DNA of 64,000 nt from Candidatus Latescibacterota bacterium (GCA_965205485.1 OZ242180.1:3008001-3072000); one strand, 5' to 3'; counted from the first letter of the stretch, positions 48,231 to 58,418 are shown. The notes: generated from the sequence alone by a model not told the origin. Made by a program: numbers and translations.

Positions 48231-51200
48231 ATGTCCGATGATGACCTGACAAGACGGGAGTTCCTGCGAGACGCAGGTCTGGGCGCGATCGTTGTTGCCA
48301 CGGGATGCGATCCGGCTATGTGGAGGAGCGATATGGGGATCGAACGAATCGACTGCTCGAGAGAAAAACGGTACTGGGAAGGCGAACGGCCGTTTCCCAG
48401 AGGCGTGGCGCACCCGCTATTCTATTCTCCGGACCAGATCGAGCGCGCGCGGCGGCGAGTGGAGTCGTACAGCTGGGCGAAGCAGTTCAGGGACGCGCGT
48501 TTACGCTGGATAGCCCGCTGGGGGATTATGGAAATGCCGGACGAGGCGATACGCGCGGGCATCTCCGAGCAGGTCAACTTTCCGCTTCCTCGCTGTCCCG
48601 TGGACCGCCGCAAGCGAAGCTGGCGGATCCATTTCTGGGAGTGGTCGGCGGATAGTCCGGACCACGTCAGGTGCAAAATCTGCGGGAACGCGTTTCCGGG
48701 ACCGGAACATCAGCCGGTGGGGGAGATCGAAGTGGTCGGCCCTGCCGGCGGGACGGTCCGATACCGGTATTGGGAGGATGAAGAGGGGATGCGGTATTTT
48801 TTCGAAAACATGCTGCTGAATTACACGCAGTACCAGGTGGTCCGAATGGCGGATCCGCTGGCGATGGCTTACGTCTTTACGGGAGAGCCGGCGTACGCAG
48901 AAAAAGCAGCAGTGATTCTGGATCGGCTGTCAGAAGTCTACAAGAACTACCCCGTGCACGGCCTGGGCCGGTCTTATCTTCACGCCGACCGGAAGGGATT
49001 CTACGAAAACCACTTCTACAAGGACCCGCCCTTTCCCTTTGTGTCCGCCCGGATAGGGAATTTCCACGCCAGCCCCTTTTCAGACGCGAGCAACGCGTTC
49101 CGGCTCGCCCAGGTCTACGACCTGATTTCAGACAGCGGCGCGATCGAGAAACTCTCCGATGCCGTGGGCCGGGACGTGCGCGCTGCTATCGAACGGGACC
49201 TGCTGTACGAGGCGATTCGACACACACTTGAAGTGCCCCATGGATCCACGAATTACGACGGTGGGAGGATCAACGGGCTGGCCCTCGTCGGGCGGGTCCT
49301 GGACGAGCCGGACTTCGTTGCGGAAGCGTACGGGCTGTATCGGACGTTGATCGATAACTGTTACAATTACGACGGGTACTGGCACGAGGATACGGTGAAT
49401 TATTTCAATATGATCACCAGCGGAACGCTGCGCGTGCCTGATGTCATCAGTGGGCCCGGCGGAATCGACGTCTACGGAGAGATGCCGTTTCTGCAGCGGA
49501 TCTTTACCGCGCCGATGGGCTTGTTTATGCCGGACGGACGCACGTTCATGGCCAACGATACGTGGGGGATCAGTACAGGTTTCGCCCGCGTTTCGAGCCG
49601 GATTGCATCCATGGGCAAATTCGTGGAGGCGGCAGATGAAATCAGGGGTACTTCGCGGATTGCGGTGGCCGACGTGGAATACGCGCTGTTTCGAAGGACT
49701 TCGGAAGCGGACAGGCGCGTCACGGAGGAGGACCTTCTGGCGCTGGTGCCTTCGAACTATCTGCTGCCCGGTGCGGGTGACGTCATCCTGGGAGTTGGGA
49801 GGACCTCAAAAGCGATCCGGGCGACGTTGTGTTACGGTCCCTGGGGCGGGCACCACCATTACGATACGCTCGCGATGGGCATGGACGTTTTCGGTCAGGA
49901 ATTGCTGTCGGACATCGGATATACCCATACCCGTTACCGGGAGTGGGCGACGACGGTTGGCAGCCACAATACGGTGGTCGTCGACGGGCAGGAGCAGACA
50001 CGGGACAGCGGGCGGCTGTGCTGCTACCGTCCCGCTTCCGACGAGAGCGTGGGCATGGTCTGCGCGGAGGCCACGGGCGCGTTCGAGAATACGGAAGTCT
50101 ATCGCCGAACGTTGATGCTGGTCCCAACGGGGCCGGAGAGCGGGTACGTGGTGGACCTGTTCGAGGTGAAGGGCGGGGACGTACACGACTATCTGCTGCA
50201 CGGATCCGCCGATTTCGACCAGGTGATTTCGGTGGCGCCCGACCTGAGCCACGCTGAAGGCGAGATGGTATTGAGCGGGGACGGGACCCGCGGCGCGCTA
50301 TACGGGTATTTTCATCGCACGCGGGGGACGGACGTATCCGGAAACTTCAAGGTCCGGTTCGAAGGAGAGGGCACGTTCGTTGATGTCAGGTTCGCCGGCG
50401 TCCAGTCGGGCAGATTGCTGATCAGTGATGCGCCGTCCATCCGCCGGACGCAGGAGGATGATGGCAAGCTCGACGACTTCTGGCTTCGTACGGTCTGTTT
50501 GCGTCACAGGCGCGAATCCAGCCTGTTCGTGTCGGTCATCGAAGCGCATACCGGCGAGGGGTTCGTGCGGAATGCTGAGTTGGTTGCGCGGGACCGGTCC
50601 GGCGTGGTGCTGCGGGTGCAGGAAAGGGAACGGGTACGCATCATTGCAATAGATCCCGCGGGGGCGGGATTGGCCGCAACCCTGCCCGACGGAAGGCGCC
50701 TCGAACTTATGGGTCGGGCGGGCGTGCTGAGCGAGTCCTCCGCGGACGCCGACCTCGACGTGATTGACGGATCGTCATTCCGGGTGGGCGACGCGGGGGT
50801 TCAGCGGATTCGTGACTACGAAGGGACCGTGACGGAGTTGGCGGGAGATATTTCGGGTGAACCGGGGCGCAGCGAACTCGTGCTGGACGTCGCGTTGCCG
50901 GACGACGGATCGCTGGAAGGTAAAGTCGTTTTCGTCCGCCATCCGTCAGGACTCGAAACGGTATACCTCGTGAATCGAATCGAGGGTGAGGCCGGCGGCA
51001 GCCGCGTATTCCTCGCGGATATGCCGAGATTCGTCAGGGGCAGGGGCAAGGTGACATCCGGAAGTAGATCCAGGTTCGACAGCGACGTCGATCACCCGAA
51101 AGAAGGCGCATATCCGGGATGCCGGCTCCGGATCGGGGACCGCGTGTTCACGATTCGAAAAATGCGACGTCGGACGACCTTTTTCGTAGAGGAAACGTTT

Positions 51201-51278
51201 GATTTTTCGAAGGTTATCGGCGAATCATTCGAAGTGTATTCCACGGCCGTCGGCGATCGCGTCAGAATCGTGGTTTAG
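48231..51278 (+). CDS. Heparinase II/III-like protein with Tat signal and probable lipobox
   Basis: LTRREFLRDAGLGAIVVATGC, GGHHHYDTLA, LLSDIGY, SHNTVVVD, YVVDLFEVKGG…HDYLLHG. Confidence 0.8.
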   Translation: MSDDDLTRREFLRDAGLGAIVVATGCDPAMWRSDMGIERIDCSREKRYWEGERPFPRGVAHPLFYSPDQIERARRRVESYSWAKQFRDARLRWIARWGIMEMPDEAIRAGISEQVNFPLPRCPVDRRKRSWRIHFWEWSADSPDHVRCKICGNAFPGPEHQPVGEIEVVGPAGGTVRYRYWEDEEGMRYFFENMLLNYTQYQVVRMADPLAMAYVFTGEPAYAEKAAVILDRLSEVYKNYPVHGLGRSYLHADRKGFYENHFYKDPPFPFVSARIGNFHASPFSDASNAFRLAQVYDLISDSGAIEKLSDAVGRDVRAAIERDLLYEAIRHTLEVPHGSTNYDGGRINGLALVGRVLDEPDFVAEAYGLYRTLIDNCYNYDGYWHEDTVNYFNMITSGTLRVPDVISGPGGIDVYGEMPFLQRIFTAPMGLFMPDGRTFMANDTWGISTGFARVSSRIASMGKFVEAADEIRGTSRIAVADVEYALFRRTSEADRRVTEEDLLALVPSNYLLPGAGDVILGVGRTSKAIRATLCYGPWGGHHHYDTLAMGMDVFGQELLSDIGYTHTRYREWATTVGSHNTVVVDGQEQTRDSGRLCCYRPASDESVGMVCAEATGAFENTEVYRRTLMLVPTGPESGYVVDLFEVKGGDVHDYLLHGSADFDQVISVAPDLSHAEGEMVLSGDGTRGALYGYFHRTRGTDVSGNFKVRFEGEGTFVDVRFAGVQSGRLLISDAPSIRRTQEDDGKLDDFWLRTVCLRHRRESSLFVSVIEAHTGEGFVRNAELVARDRSGVVLRVQERERVRIIAIDPAGAGLAATLPDGRRLELMGRAGVLSESSADADLDVIDGSSFRVGDAGVQRIRDYEGTVTELAGDISGEPGRSELVLDVALPDDGSLEGKVVFVRHPSGLETVYLVNRIEGEAGGSRVFLADMPRFVRGRGKVTSGSRSRFDSDVDHPKEGAYPGCRLRIGDRVFTIRKMRRRTTFFVEETFDFSKVIGESFEVYSTAVGDRVRIVV

Positions 51279-51438
51279 CAGCCCGTTGAAAAAGCCCATC
51301 CGGGCTTCGGCCAGCCCTTGCGGTCGAAATACTGCGTTGCGCGCCCTCGCCGAATCGCAGGATGGGACTCGGTTGCGCGCCTTGTCTTCGACCACAATGG
51401 CTCGGCCTCGCCTGCAGAGCGGCTTTTTCAACGGACTG
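51279..51438. mobile_element. MITE family C, copy 2 (160 bp) with TTAG target duplication
   Basis: TIRs CAGCCCGTTGAAAAAGCC / GGCTTTTTCAACGGACTG. TTAG at 51275-78 and 51439-42. Confidence 0.88.
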
Positions 51439-52167
51439 TTAGCTTTCTTCATCGTCGGCGTAGGCATGGCCGCCCATGATTGCCCTGACTTCGGCGGCCG
51501 ACGATGCGCTCAGCAGGGCGCCCATTCGAGCTTCCTCTTCCTCTTGTAGCGCACGGACGTTGTTGAGAACCGCATCCAGTTTGTCGGCGGGGAACTTGCA
51601 CGCGCCGTTCTCGTCCATATGGACGATCTCGCCCGGCGCCACGTCCATCCCGCCTACGGAGACCGGCACATTCACGGCGTGAACCGCCATGCCTCCGTGT
51701 CCCGCCGTGACCCCGCTGAGCATGTACTGAAATTTCATTGGACGGATTTCGTCGATGTCCCTGGAGGGACCGTTGGAGATGGCGCCAACGCAGCCGACGG
51801 CCTTCATCGCGGAGGTCATGTTTCCGCCGGCCAGACCGACCTTGGCCGCGAGTTCGGGCGGGAATTTCTGCTGGAAGACAAGAACGGTCGGTTTCGGAGA
51901 CGCGTCCAGTGCGTCGATCACGTCCAGAAATGACAGAGAGTCGTAATCGGGATCCGGCAGCCCGAAGACGCACGTGACCGCGTAACCCACCGTGCGGCCC
52001 AGTTCGGGATACATGCAACGGATGGACTGGTCCGTGTACCAGTTTTCCGTCCAGGGATTGTAGAGGCTCAGGCAGAGCGGATTGCCGGGATACGTGGCAA
52101 CGACATTCGTGATCGAGGGGGTGTCGTAATTTTTCAGTTCTTCCAGCATTTCCTGTGAGTCAGCCAT
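51439..52167 (-). CDS. RraA/HMG-CHA aldolase-like family protein
   Basis: DTPSITN, TVGYAVT, GGNMTSAMKAVGCVGAISNGPSRDIDEI, VSVGGMDVAPGEIVHMDENG. Confidence 0.85.
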   Translation of the reverse strand: MADSQEMLEELKNYDTPSITNVVATYPGNPLCLSLYNPWTENWYTDQSIRCMYPELGRTVGYAVTCVFGLPDPDYDSLSFLDVIDALDASPKPTVLVFQQKFPPELAAKVGLAGGNMTSAMKAVGCVGAISNGPSRDIDEIRPMKFQYMLSGVTAGHGGMAVHAVNVPVSVGGMDVAPGEIVHMDENGACKFPADKLDAVLNNVRALQEEEEARMGALLSASSAAEVRAIMGGHAYADDEES

Positions 52168-52227
52168 CGTATCCTCCTTCGTTTCTTGAATGGGGCTAAG
52201 GAAGTCGCGTCAGTGCATTTTTGCCTG

Positions 52228-53064
52228 TCACGTGGAATCGGTTTTTTCCTGCGGTTCTCGAGGCAGGAGTTGCTGCGGCTGTACGATGCGGCGGCGCTGA
52301 GGCGTAAGTCGTTGCAGGAGTTCCGGTGACGGCTGATAACCATGGCGGAAGTTCCCCCATGATGGCCCGTAGCGGTAGACGACCACGCGCCGGATGCCCG
52401 GGTTGGAACGCCTGGCGGACCCGTGCGAGATGCCGTCCACAAACAGAAGCGCATCCCCCGCGGCCATATGGATTTCGAGGGCGCCCTCGATGCCTTCGAC
52501 AGTTGCATTTCTGGCCATCCGGTGCCTGTCGAAGTGCGGGTGTTTGAAGTTGGCCTTATGGCTTCCCGGAATCACCATGGTGCCCCCGTCGCCGCGTCCA
52601 ATGTCGGTCAGCGCCATAAGGATGTTGATCTGGCCGCACATAAAACGCCCGCCATGGTATCGAAACTGATTTCGCAAAATGGGTGGAAATCCGCCGGAGT
52701 GCAGGCCGATGGCTTCACCCGGCTCGCGAAAGTTGGCGAAATTCTCGTCGATGAACAGAGGACCGTGGTGGTAGTCGAAACTGCCCTCGCCTCCCACAAA
52801 GCGCTTCACCGTTTCGAACCAGGAAGGATGGTCGATCAGGTTCTCGAAGGGCGCCCCGGCTTCATAAATCTGCTGAAGGTTCAGTCCGGAAGTGTCGTCA
52901 CCGTATGTGTGGGCATGAACGTGACCGTACCATTCCCCTGGTGCGAGTGGGGGAATCTCATCCAGGCAGGCATTGAGTTCGCCAACCTCCTCGTTGGAGA
53001 GTGCATTCTCAAGATGTAGATAACCGCGAAGGTCGAACAGGTACGTTTCAAGGTCCGTATCCAT
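52228..53064 (-). CDS. PhyH-family Fe(II)/2OG oxygenase, H-x-G variant
   Basis: YLFDLRGYLHL, GLHSGG (52693-52701), GDGGTMVIPGSHK, AGDALLFVDGISHG…RR. Confidence 0.87.
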   Translation of the reverse strand: MDTDLETYLFDLRGYLHLENALSNEEVGELNACLDEIPPLAPGEWYGHVHAHTYGDDTSGLNLQQIYEAGAPFENLIDHPSWFETVKRFVGGEGSFDYHHGPLFIDENFANFREPGEAIGLHSGGFPPILRNQFRYHGGRFMCGQINILMALTDIGRGDGGTMVIPGSHKANFKHPHFDRHRMARNATVEGIEGALEIHMAAGDALLFVDGISHGSARRSNPGIRRVVVYRYGPSWGNFRHGYQPSPELLQRLTPQRRRIVQPQQLLPREPQEKTDST

Positions 53065-53124
53065 GAATGTCCCTATAGGCTGATGCGAAGCCAGTCTTCG
53101 GTCGTTTCGCCGGCGTCGAATGAA

Positions 53125-54114
53125 TCACGTTTTCCGTGCGGTGATCATGCTCGAGCCGTTCCGCTGTCTGACACGGCGCACATCCGCAAATCCCGCTTGA
53201 ATCAGCCAGTTTCGGTACTCGCTTTCCGTGTAGGCGCGCCCCCCGCGATAGATGTTGAGGAAGACGATGTTGAACAGTGCGGCCTCCCGAGGTGTGCAGC
53301 GGCAGTCGTCCAGGATGCCGTTGCCGAGGATGTAAACGGCGCCTCCGGGTCGAAGGGCGGCGGTTACGTGCGAGAGGGCCACAACTGCCTGGTCCGGGGG
53401 AAGTGTCTGGATAAAGGCTTTGACCACAGCCGCGTCGAATTCGCCAGGTACGGGTTTTCGGGTGACGTCCAGCGCAAGGGTCTGGATCCGTTCGGCAAGG
53501 TCTGCCTTTTGGATGAATTGACTCGCAACGGGGATGACTTCCGGCAGATCGAGCACGGTTGCGTGAAAGTTGGAACTGCCCTGGACAAAACCGATGGACA
53601 GGCCACCGGAACCTCCGCCTACGTCTAACAGGCGGGTGCAGGATGACGTGTCGAAATGCTCCACCAGTTGCCGGCCGGCTGCCAGCGACTCGTCGTGGAG
53701 TCCACGAAAGAAGGCGAACAACTGACCAGCGGGCATGCCGGCAAAGCTGTGTTCAGCCTGGGGCTGGCCGAGCCGGATCGAGTCGGCGGTCCTGAGGGTT
53801 GCCGACCACAGGTCGGAGAGCAGGTGGTGGAGGTTGCCGACGTATTCGGGGCTGGACGCAACCAGATATCGTTGTGCCTCGCCGCCGTTGACAAAGCGAT
53901 TGTCTTCAACGTGCAGCAGGCCGGCTGCCGCCAGCGCGTAAAGCAGCGGGGAGAGAAGGTCGGTCGATACCCCGATCTTTTCTGCAACCTGCCGTGCATC
54001 CAGCGGGCCGTCGGACAGGGGCGTGAAGACGTCAAGCTGCATTCCGGCCAGAAGTGCAAACGAAGCATAGGCATTCTGAATCAGCCCTGAAATGGTTTCG
54101 GCTGCATCTTCCAT
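53125..54114 (-). CDS. SAM-dependent O-methyltransferase (dimerisation domain plus methyltransf_2)
   Basis: LDVFTPL, LLDVGGGSG, TVLDLPEV, ALRPGG, GRAYTESEYRNWLIQAGF. Confidence 0.9.
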   Translation of the reverse strand: MEDAAETISGLIQNAYASFALLAGMQLDVFTPLSDGPLDARQVAEKIGVSTDLLSPLLYALAAAGLLHVEDNRFVNGGEAQRYLVASSPEYVGNLHHLLSDLWSATLRTADSIRLGQPQAEHSFAGMPAGQLFAFFRGLHDESLAAGRQLVEHFDTSSCTRLLDVGGGSGGLSIGFVQGSSNFHATVLDLPEVIPVASQFIQKADLAERIQTLALDVTRKPVPGEFDAAVVKAFIQTLPPDQAVVALSHVTAALRPGGAVYILGNGILDDCRCTPREAALFNIVFLNIYRGGRAYTESEYRNWLIQAGFADVRRVRQRNGSSMITARKT

Positions 54115-54123
54115 TGGACGTTT

Positions 54124-54987
54124 TCAGCGTTCGACGCGGACGTCTCCATTTTCGTCCACGGCAAGAAACGGAACATCTCCACCGTGGTTGGAGCATGGCC
54201 CGAACATGACCGCGCGCTGCTCGTCAGTCATATCCGCCACGACGTCCTCGCCCCAGTAGATTTCAGGGGGCGCGAGTTCCTTGGCCGGGCCGCCCCGTAC
54301 GGAGGACCTGGACGCGTATTTGTACAACACCGAGCGACGGGGACGATTGCTCTGCCAGGGACGTGTGCCATGGGTCTGCGCGCCGTCCATGAAAAAGAGG
54401 ACGTCGCCTGCGCGCATGGCCGGCTGAACGACGGTTCCCATATCGTCGTCGCAGGTACGGACCCCCGATGGCATCGAATATCTCGTTTTGTGGCTGCCGG
54501 GGACGCAGACGAATCCGCCGTCACCGGGGTTCACGTCGGCGAGTTGCCAGCTCACCGTGACACCCCCGCAGTAGGACTGACCGTTCTGATGGTTGTAGGC
54601 TACGTGCGGCCTGTGCGGTTCGCCGGCGCCGTGCATGGTCAGGCCTTCGGTGCCCTTGACGCCGGATATCAGCAACGGGCCGTGATCCAGTCGAAAACCG
54701 GTACCGCACATCACGTTCAGTCGCAGGACGACGGCGGGGTGGACCAGCATCCGCCGGAACGGTTCGCAGTGGGGGCGTTCCAATTGCAGCAGGTCGTGCA
54801 TGGTGGGCCGGCCCGTGCCCCGAAGCGCGTGCGAGTCGCGCGCTCCCAGATTGTCATCGGCTATGCGTATCCGGTCCCGGTGCAGGTCGATCGCTTCGTT
54901 CGTAGCGGCGATCTGATCCGGATTCAGTACGTTCCTTACAACGATATAACCTGTCAGATCCCAGAAGTAGCGTTCTTTTGCGTCCAT
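54124..54987 (-). CDS. PhyH-family Fe(II)/2OG oxygenase, H-x-A variant
   Basis: RYFWDLTGYIVV, FRLDHGP, MHGAGE (54625-54633), GDGGFVCVPGSHK, AGDVLFF…THGT…RRSVLYKY. Confidence 0.87.
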   Translation of the reverse strand: MDAKERYFWDLTGYIVVRNVLNPDQIAATNEAIDLHRDRIRIADDNLGARDSHALRGTGRPTMHDLLQLERPHCEPFRRMLVHPAVVLRLNVMCGTGFRLDHGPLLISGVKGTEGLTMHGAGEPHRPHVAYNHQNGQSYCGGVTVSWQLADVNPGDGGFVCVPGSHKTRYSMPSGVRTCDDDMGTVVQPAMRAGDVLFFMDGAQTHGTRPWQSNRPRRSVLYKYASRSSVRGGPAKELAPPEIYWGEDVVADMTDEQRAVMFGPCSNHGGDVPFLAVDENGDVRVER

Positions 54988-55028
54988 CGCGTTCTCCAAC
55001 GGCGATCCGTGTCGTTTTACGTGGTCGT

Positions 55029-55904
55029 TCAGGCGATCGAGGTCTTACGGCCGTCGGATACGAGCCGCGGAAAATCATTGCCGGTATGGACGCCCGGCCC
55101 GTAGAGAACGGCTCTTTGTTCCGGGCTGAGGTCCCGGACCCAGTCTCCCCAGCGGGACTCCGGCGCAAAATGGCGTCCCGTTGCGCGGGCGGCGGCACGT
55201 GAGGCATATTTGTACAGTACGGAACGGCGTTCGTGCGCGCCCTTCCACGGCAGGGTACCGTGCGTGGCGGATTCGGCAAAAAACAGTACATCGCCCGCTT
55301 TCATCACAGGCTGCACAACAAGGTCCATGTGATCTTCAACGGACCGCAGGCCCGCGGGGGTGGGTTCGCGTGTCTTGTGGCTCCCTGGTACGATGCAGAA
55401 GCCGCCGTCGCCTTCGTTGACATTCGCCAGTTGCCAGGCAACCGTGACGCCCCGGCAGTACATCCTTCCGTTCTGCTGGTGGTACCATACGGAAGGACCG
55501 AACGGTTCGCCCGCGCCGTGCAGCTGGTGGCCCTCGGCTCCGGCTTCGGCGCCGATCAACAGGGGGCCATGGTCCAGCCGGAAGCCCTTCCCGGACATCT
55601 CATTCAGGCGTGAGACCACAACGGGATGGACGAGCAGCCGGCGGAACGGCTCCCTGTAAGGCGGGGGCCAGCCCAGCATTCCCGTGAGTTCCTTTCGTCC
55701 CTGTGCGCCTTTCAAGGCGGATGATCCGCCCGCGAGGCCTCCTGTTTCGACGGAACGGGTGGAGACGCGTTCGGCGAAGTGGTCGATGGCGGCATTGCAT
55801 TCCGCGACCTCGTCGCAAGTGAGCGCGTTGCGTACAACCAGGTATCCGCTCAGGTCGAAGAAATACCGCTCCTCAGCCGACATTTCGTATCTGTTGTCGC
55901 CCAT
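55029..55904 (-). CDS. PhyH-family Fe(II)/2OG oxygenase, H-x-A variant (tandem paralog)
   Basis: RYFFDLSGYLVV, FRLDHGP, LHGAGE (55512-55520), GDGGFCIVPGSHK, AGDVLFF…THGT…RRSVLYKY. Confidence 0.87.
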   Translation of the reverse strand: MGDNRYEMSAEERYFFDLSGYLVVRNALTCDEVAECNAAIDHFAERVSTRSVETGGLAGGSSALKGAQGRKELTGMLGWPPPYREPFRRLLVHPVVVSRLNEMSGKGFRLDHGPLLIGAEAGAEGHQLHGAGEPFGPSVWYHQQNGRMYCRGVTVAWQLANVNEGDGGFCIVPGSHKTREPTPAGLRSVEDHMDLVVQPVMKAGDVLFFAESATHGTLPWKGAHERRSVLYKYASRAAARATGRHFAPESRWGDWVRDLSPEQRAVLYGPGVHTGNDFPRLVSDGRKTSIA

Positions 55905-55939
55905 CGTTCCTCCGGAATCAACGATAATCGGTCGTTGGT

Positions 55940-56938
55940 CTACACCGGAGCCCTGGCTCCCGGCCCCTGACGGCGCGTCTCCTGCTCCGCCTCCCAGTCC
56001 GCCATCACCTCCGCGGTCCGGCGGAGGAGTTGCTCGTCCTTCTCATTACGGATAGAATGTGGGTCGCTGCCCGTCCAGTTGTAATATCCATTTCCCGACT
56101 CCAGGCCCGTTGCGCCCGTGGCGACCAGCTTCTGAAGAAAATCGAGCGGCTGCTCCCACCCGCCCAGGGTCTTCCACAGGTGTGAGGCAACGCGGACGTG
56201 CATGGACAGGCCGTTGATGTCGCGCTGCTCCAACGGTCCCGCGGTGGTAAATCTGGGCGCGAGCCCCAGACGGAAGGCGGCGTCGATGTCCTCGGCCGAG
56301 GCGACGCCTGACGCCAGCAGGTCGACTGCCTCGCGGATGAGGGCGTGCTGAAGACGGTTGACGAGGAATCCGGGTACGTCCTTGTTCACGCGAAGTGGGA
56401 AATAGTCCAGCCTCTGCCAGATTCCGGTGATGCGGTCCATCGTCTCGTTCGAGGTCTGTTGGCCGCGGACGATCTCGGCGACGGGTACGATGTGGGCAGG
56501 CTGGACAAAGTGAGAGCCGGCAATGCGGTCGGCGTGCCGGGCTCTTTCCGCGAGTCTGGAAATGGGCAGCCCGGACGTGTTGCTTACCAGGGGAGCATCC
56601 GTTGCCGCGAGGGCATCCAGGCGATGGAAGAGCGCTTGTTTCGATTCCAGGTCTTCCGTGATGGATTCCACGACAAAGACAGATTCGTAAACTGCGGCCT
56701 CGAGGTCCGTGGTGGTGTGGATGCGGTTGAGTACGGCGTCCGGAGACTCACCTCCAAGCCGGTCGTGCCGTCCGAGATCCTCGGCGTACCGCTCAAGATT
56801 TCTCCGTGCCTTTTCCAGGCTTTCCGGCCGCCGGCTGATCAGCCAGGTTTCTCTGCTTCCGAGCGCCAGAACCAGGGCGATCTGACCGCCCATCAGACCG
56901 GCTCCAACAACGGTGGACTTGCCCAGGAAAAGGTCCAT
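55940..56938 (-). CDS. 3-hydroxyacyl-CoA dehydrogenase family protein
   Basis: VVGAGLMGGQIA, VVESITEDL..K, SNTSGL, SHFVQPAH, PGFLVNRLQHAL. Confidence 0.9.
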   Translation of the reverse strand: MDLFLGKSTVVGAGLMGGQIALVLALGSRETWLISRRPESLEKARRNLERYAEDLGRHDRLGGESPDAVLNRIHTTTDLEAAVYESVFVVESITEDLESKQALFHRLDALAATDAPLVSNTSGLPISRLAERARHADRIAGSHFVQPAHIVPVAEIVRGQQTSNETMDRITGIWQRLDYFPLRVNKDVPGFLVNRLQHALIREAVDLLASGVASAEDIDAAFRLGLAPRFTTAGPLEQRDINGLSMHVRVASHLWKTLGGWEQPLDFLQKLVATGATGLESGNGYYNWTGSDPHSIRNEKDEQLLRRTAEVMADWEAEQETRRQGPGARAPV

Positions 56939-57032
56939 ATATTGGAATGTTGATTGAAGGTGGACGTGAGTTGCTGGGAGAATCCATCAGTGAAACGCCG
57001 ACAGGCGCGACACGGCCTTGCTCCCGCCAGGT

Positions 57033-58329
57033 CTATAAATTGACGCGAACCCTCTGGAGGGCCACTTCGGCGACTTCCAGCGTCCGGTCGACGTCGGGTT
57101 CCGTGTGCGCCAGCGAGAAATAGAGCTTGCCGGCAGGATTGAAGAAGATGCCCCGTCTTGATCATTTCGATGCCGAATTGTCTGGCGGCGCCGGCGTCGG
57201 CCTTGAGCGTGTCGGCGTAGTTTCGAATTTCGACGTCCGCGAAATAGGGTTGCAACACCGGTCCTTCGCCCAGGACCTGAAGCGGGAGTCCTATCTTTGC
57301 GCCAAGCGCTTCCAGGCCGCGTCGGAGGCGGGCGGGGATGTCGTAGAGCCTTGTATATACACCCTCGGTTTCCAGTACGTCCAGTGTTGCCAGTCCGGCG
57401 GCGGCGCTGACGGGATTGCCATTTGTAGTGCCGCTGACAAAGGTATACGGCGCCTTTCCCTTACGACGGGGGTCGGCGCACGCGAGAACATCCGCACGCC
57501 CGCAGACGGCGGCCATGGGATACCCCCCGCTGATCGTCTTTCCGTAGACGGCGACGTCGGGCACGACGCCGTAGCGCTCCTGTGCGCCGCCCCAGGCGAT
57601 GCGGAAGCCGGTAACGACTTCGTCGTAGATGAGGATGACGCCATAGTCGCTTGACGCCTGGCGAATGGCTTCAAGGAATCCCGGTTCCGGCCGAAGGGCG
57701 CGCTGAAAGGGCTCGACGATAACCGCAGCCAGGTCATTCGAATACGAAGCGATGAGTTCTACGGCTACGTCGGCATTGTTGAACGGGGCGACCAGAACCG
57801 ATTGGCTTACCGCTTTGGGTATGCCCTGGGAATCGGGGACGGCCACGGGTCCGTCAGTGGGTTTTGGCGGCGTTGTGCTTTGCTGGGCGTAGTCGTGTGC
57901 GCCGTGCCAGCCGCCCTCGAATTTGAGGATCTTTTCCCGACCGGTGAATGCCCGCGCCATTCGCAGGGCCGAGAATGTACCCTCGGTGCCCGATGACGTA
58001 AAGCGGATGGACTCCCCGCAGGGCGAGGCTTCGACGATGCGCTCGGCCAGGTGGATGACAGGTTCATTGAGTGCATAGAAAGTCGAACCCAGTGCAACCT
58101 GGCGCTGGACAGCCTCGACGACAGCGGGATGAGCGTGGCCCAGAATAAGCGGTCCGGAGCCGAGGATGTAGTCTATATATTCCCTGCCGTCGGTGTCGCA
58201 GATCCGGCAGCCGCTCCCGCGCGCCATCACGGTTGCGACTTCGTCCGGCATCCGAAAGCTGCCCAGACAGCCGCCTGCAAGGTACCGGTCGGCCTTTTCG
58301 AGCAGATCTCGCATCGACTGATTCTTCAT
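57033..58329 (-). CDS. Class III PLP aminotransferase (GSA-aminomutase-like), one-base frameshift near 57150-57160
   Basis: DGREYIDY, RFTSSGTEG, KFEGGWHG, LIYDEVVTGFR, YGKTISGG. The expected C-terminus (RGIFFNPAGKLYFSLAHTEPDVDRTLE) is in another frame, ending TAG at 57033-35. Confidence 0.85.
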
Positions 58330-58418
58330 CAGAGGTTTCCTGGGCAAACTGGGATAGGGGTCCTGTCTTGCCACTGACGAAGACATAAGATATCCCCGTG
58401 GACGCAATCTGTCACGCC

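Noticed and set aside
51439..52167. RNase E regulator rraA or menG
   Set aside because: Length and metabolic context fit the aldolase-like branch; the specific function is unknown.
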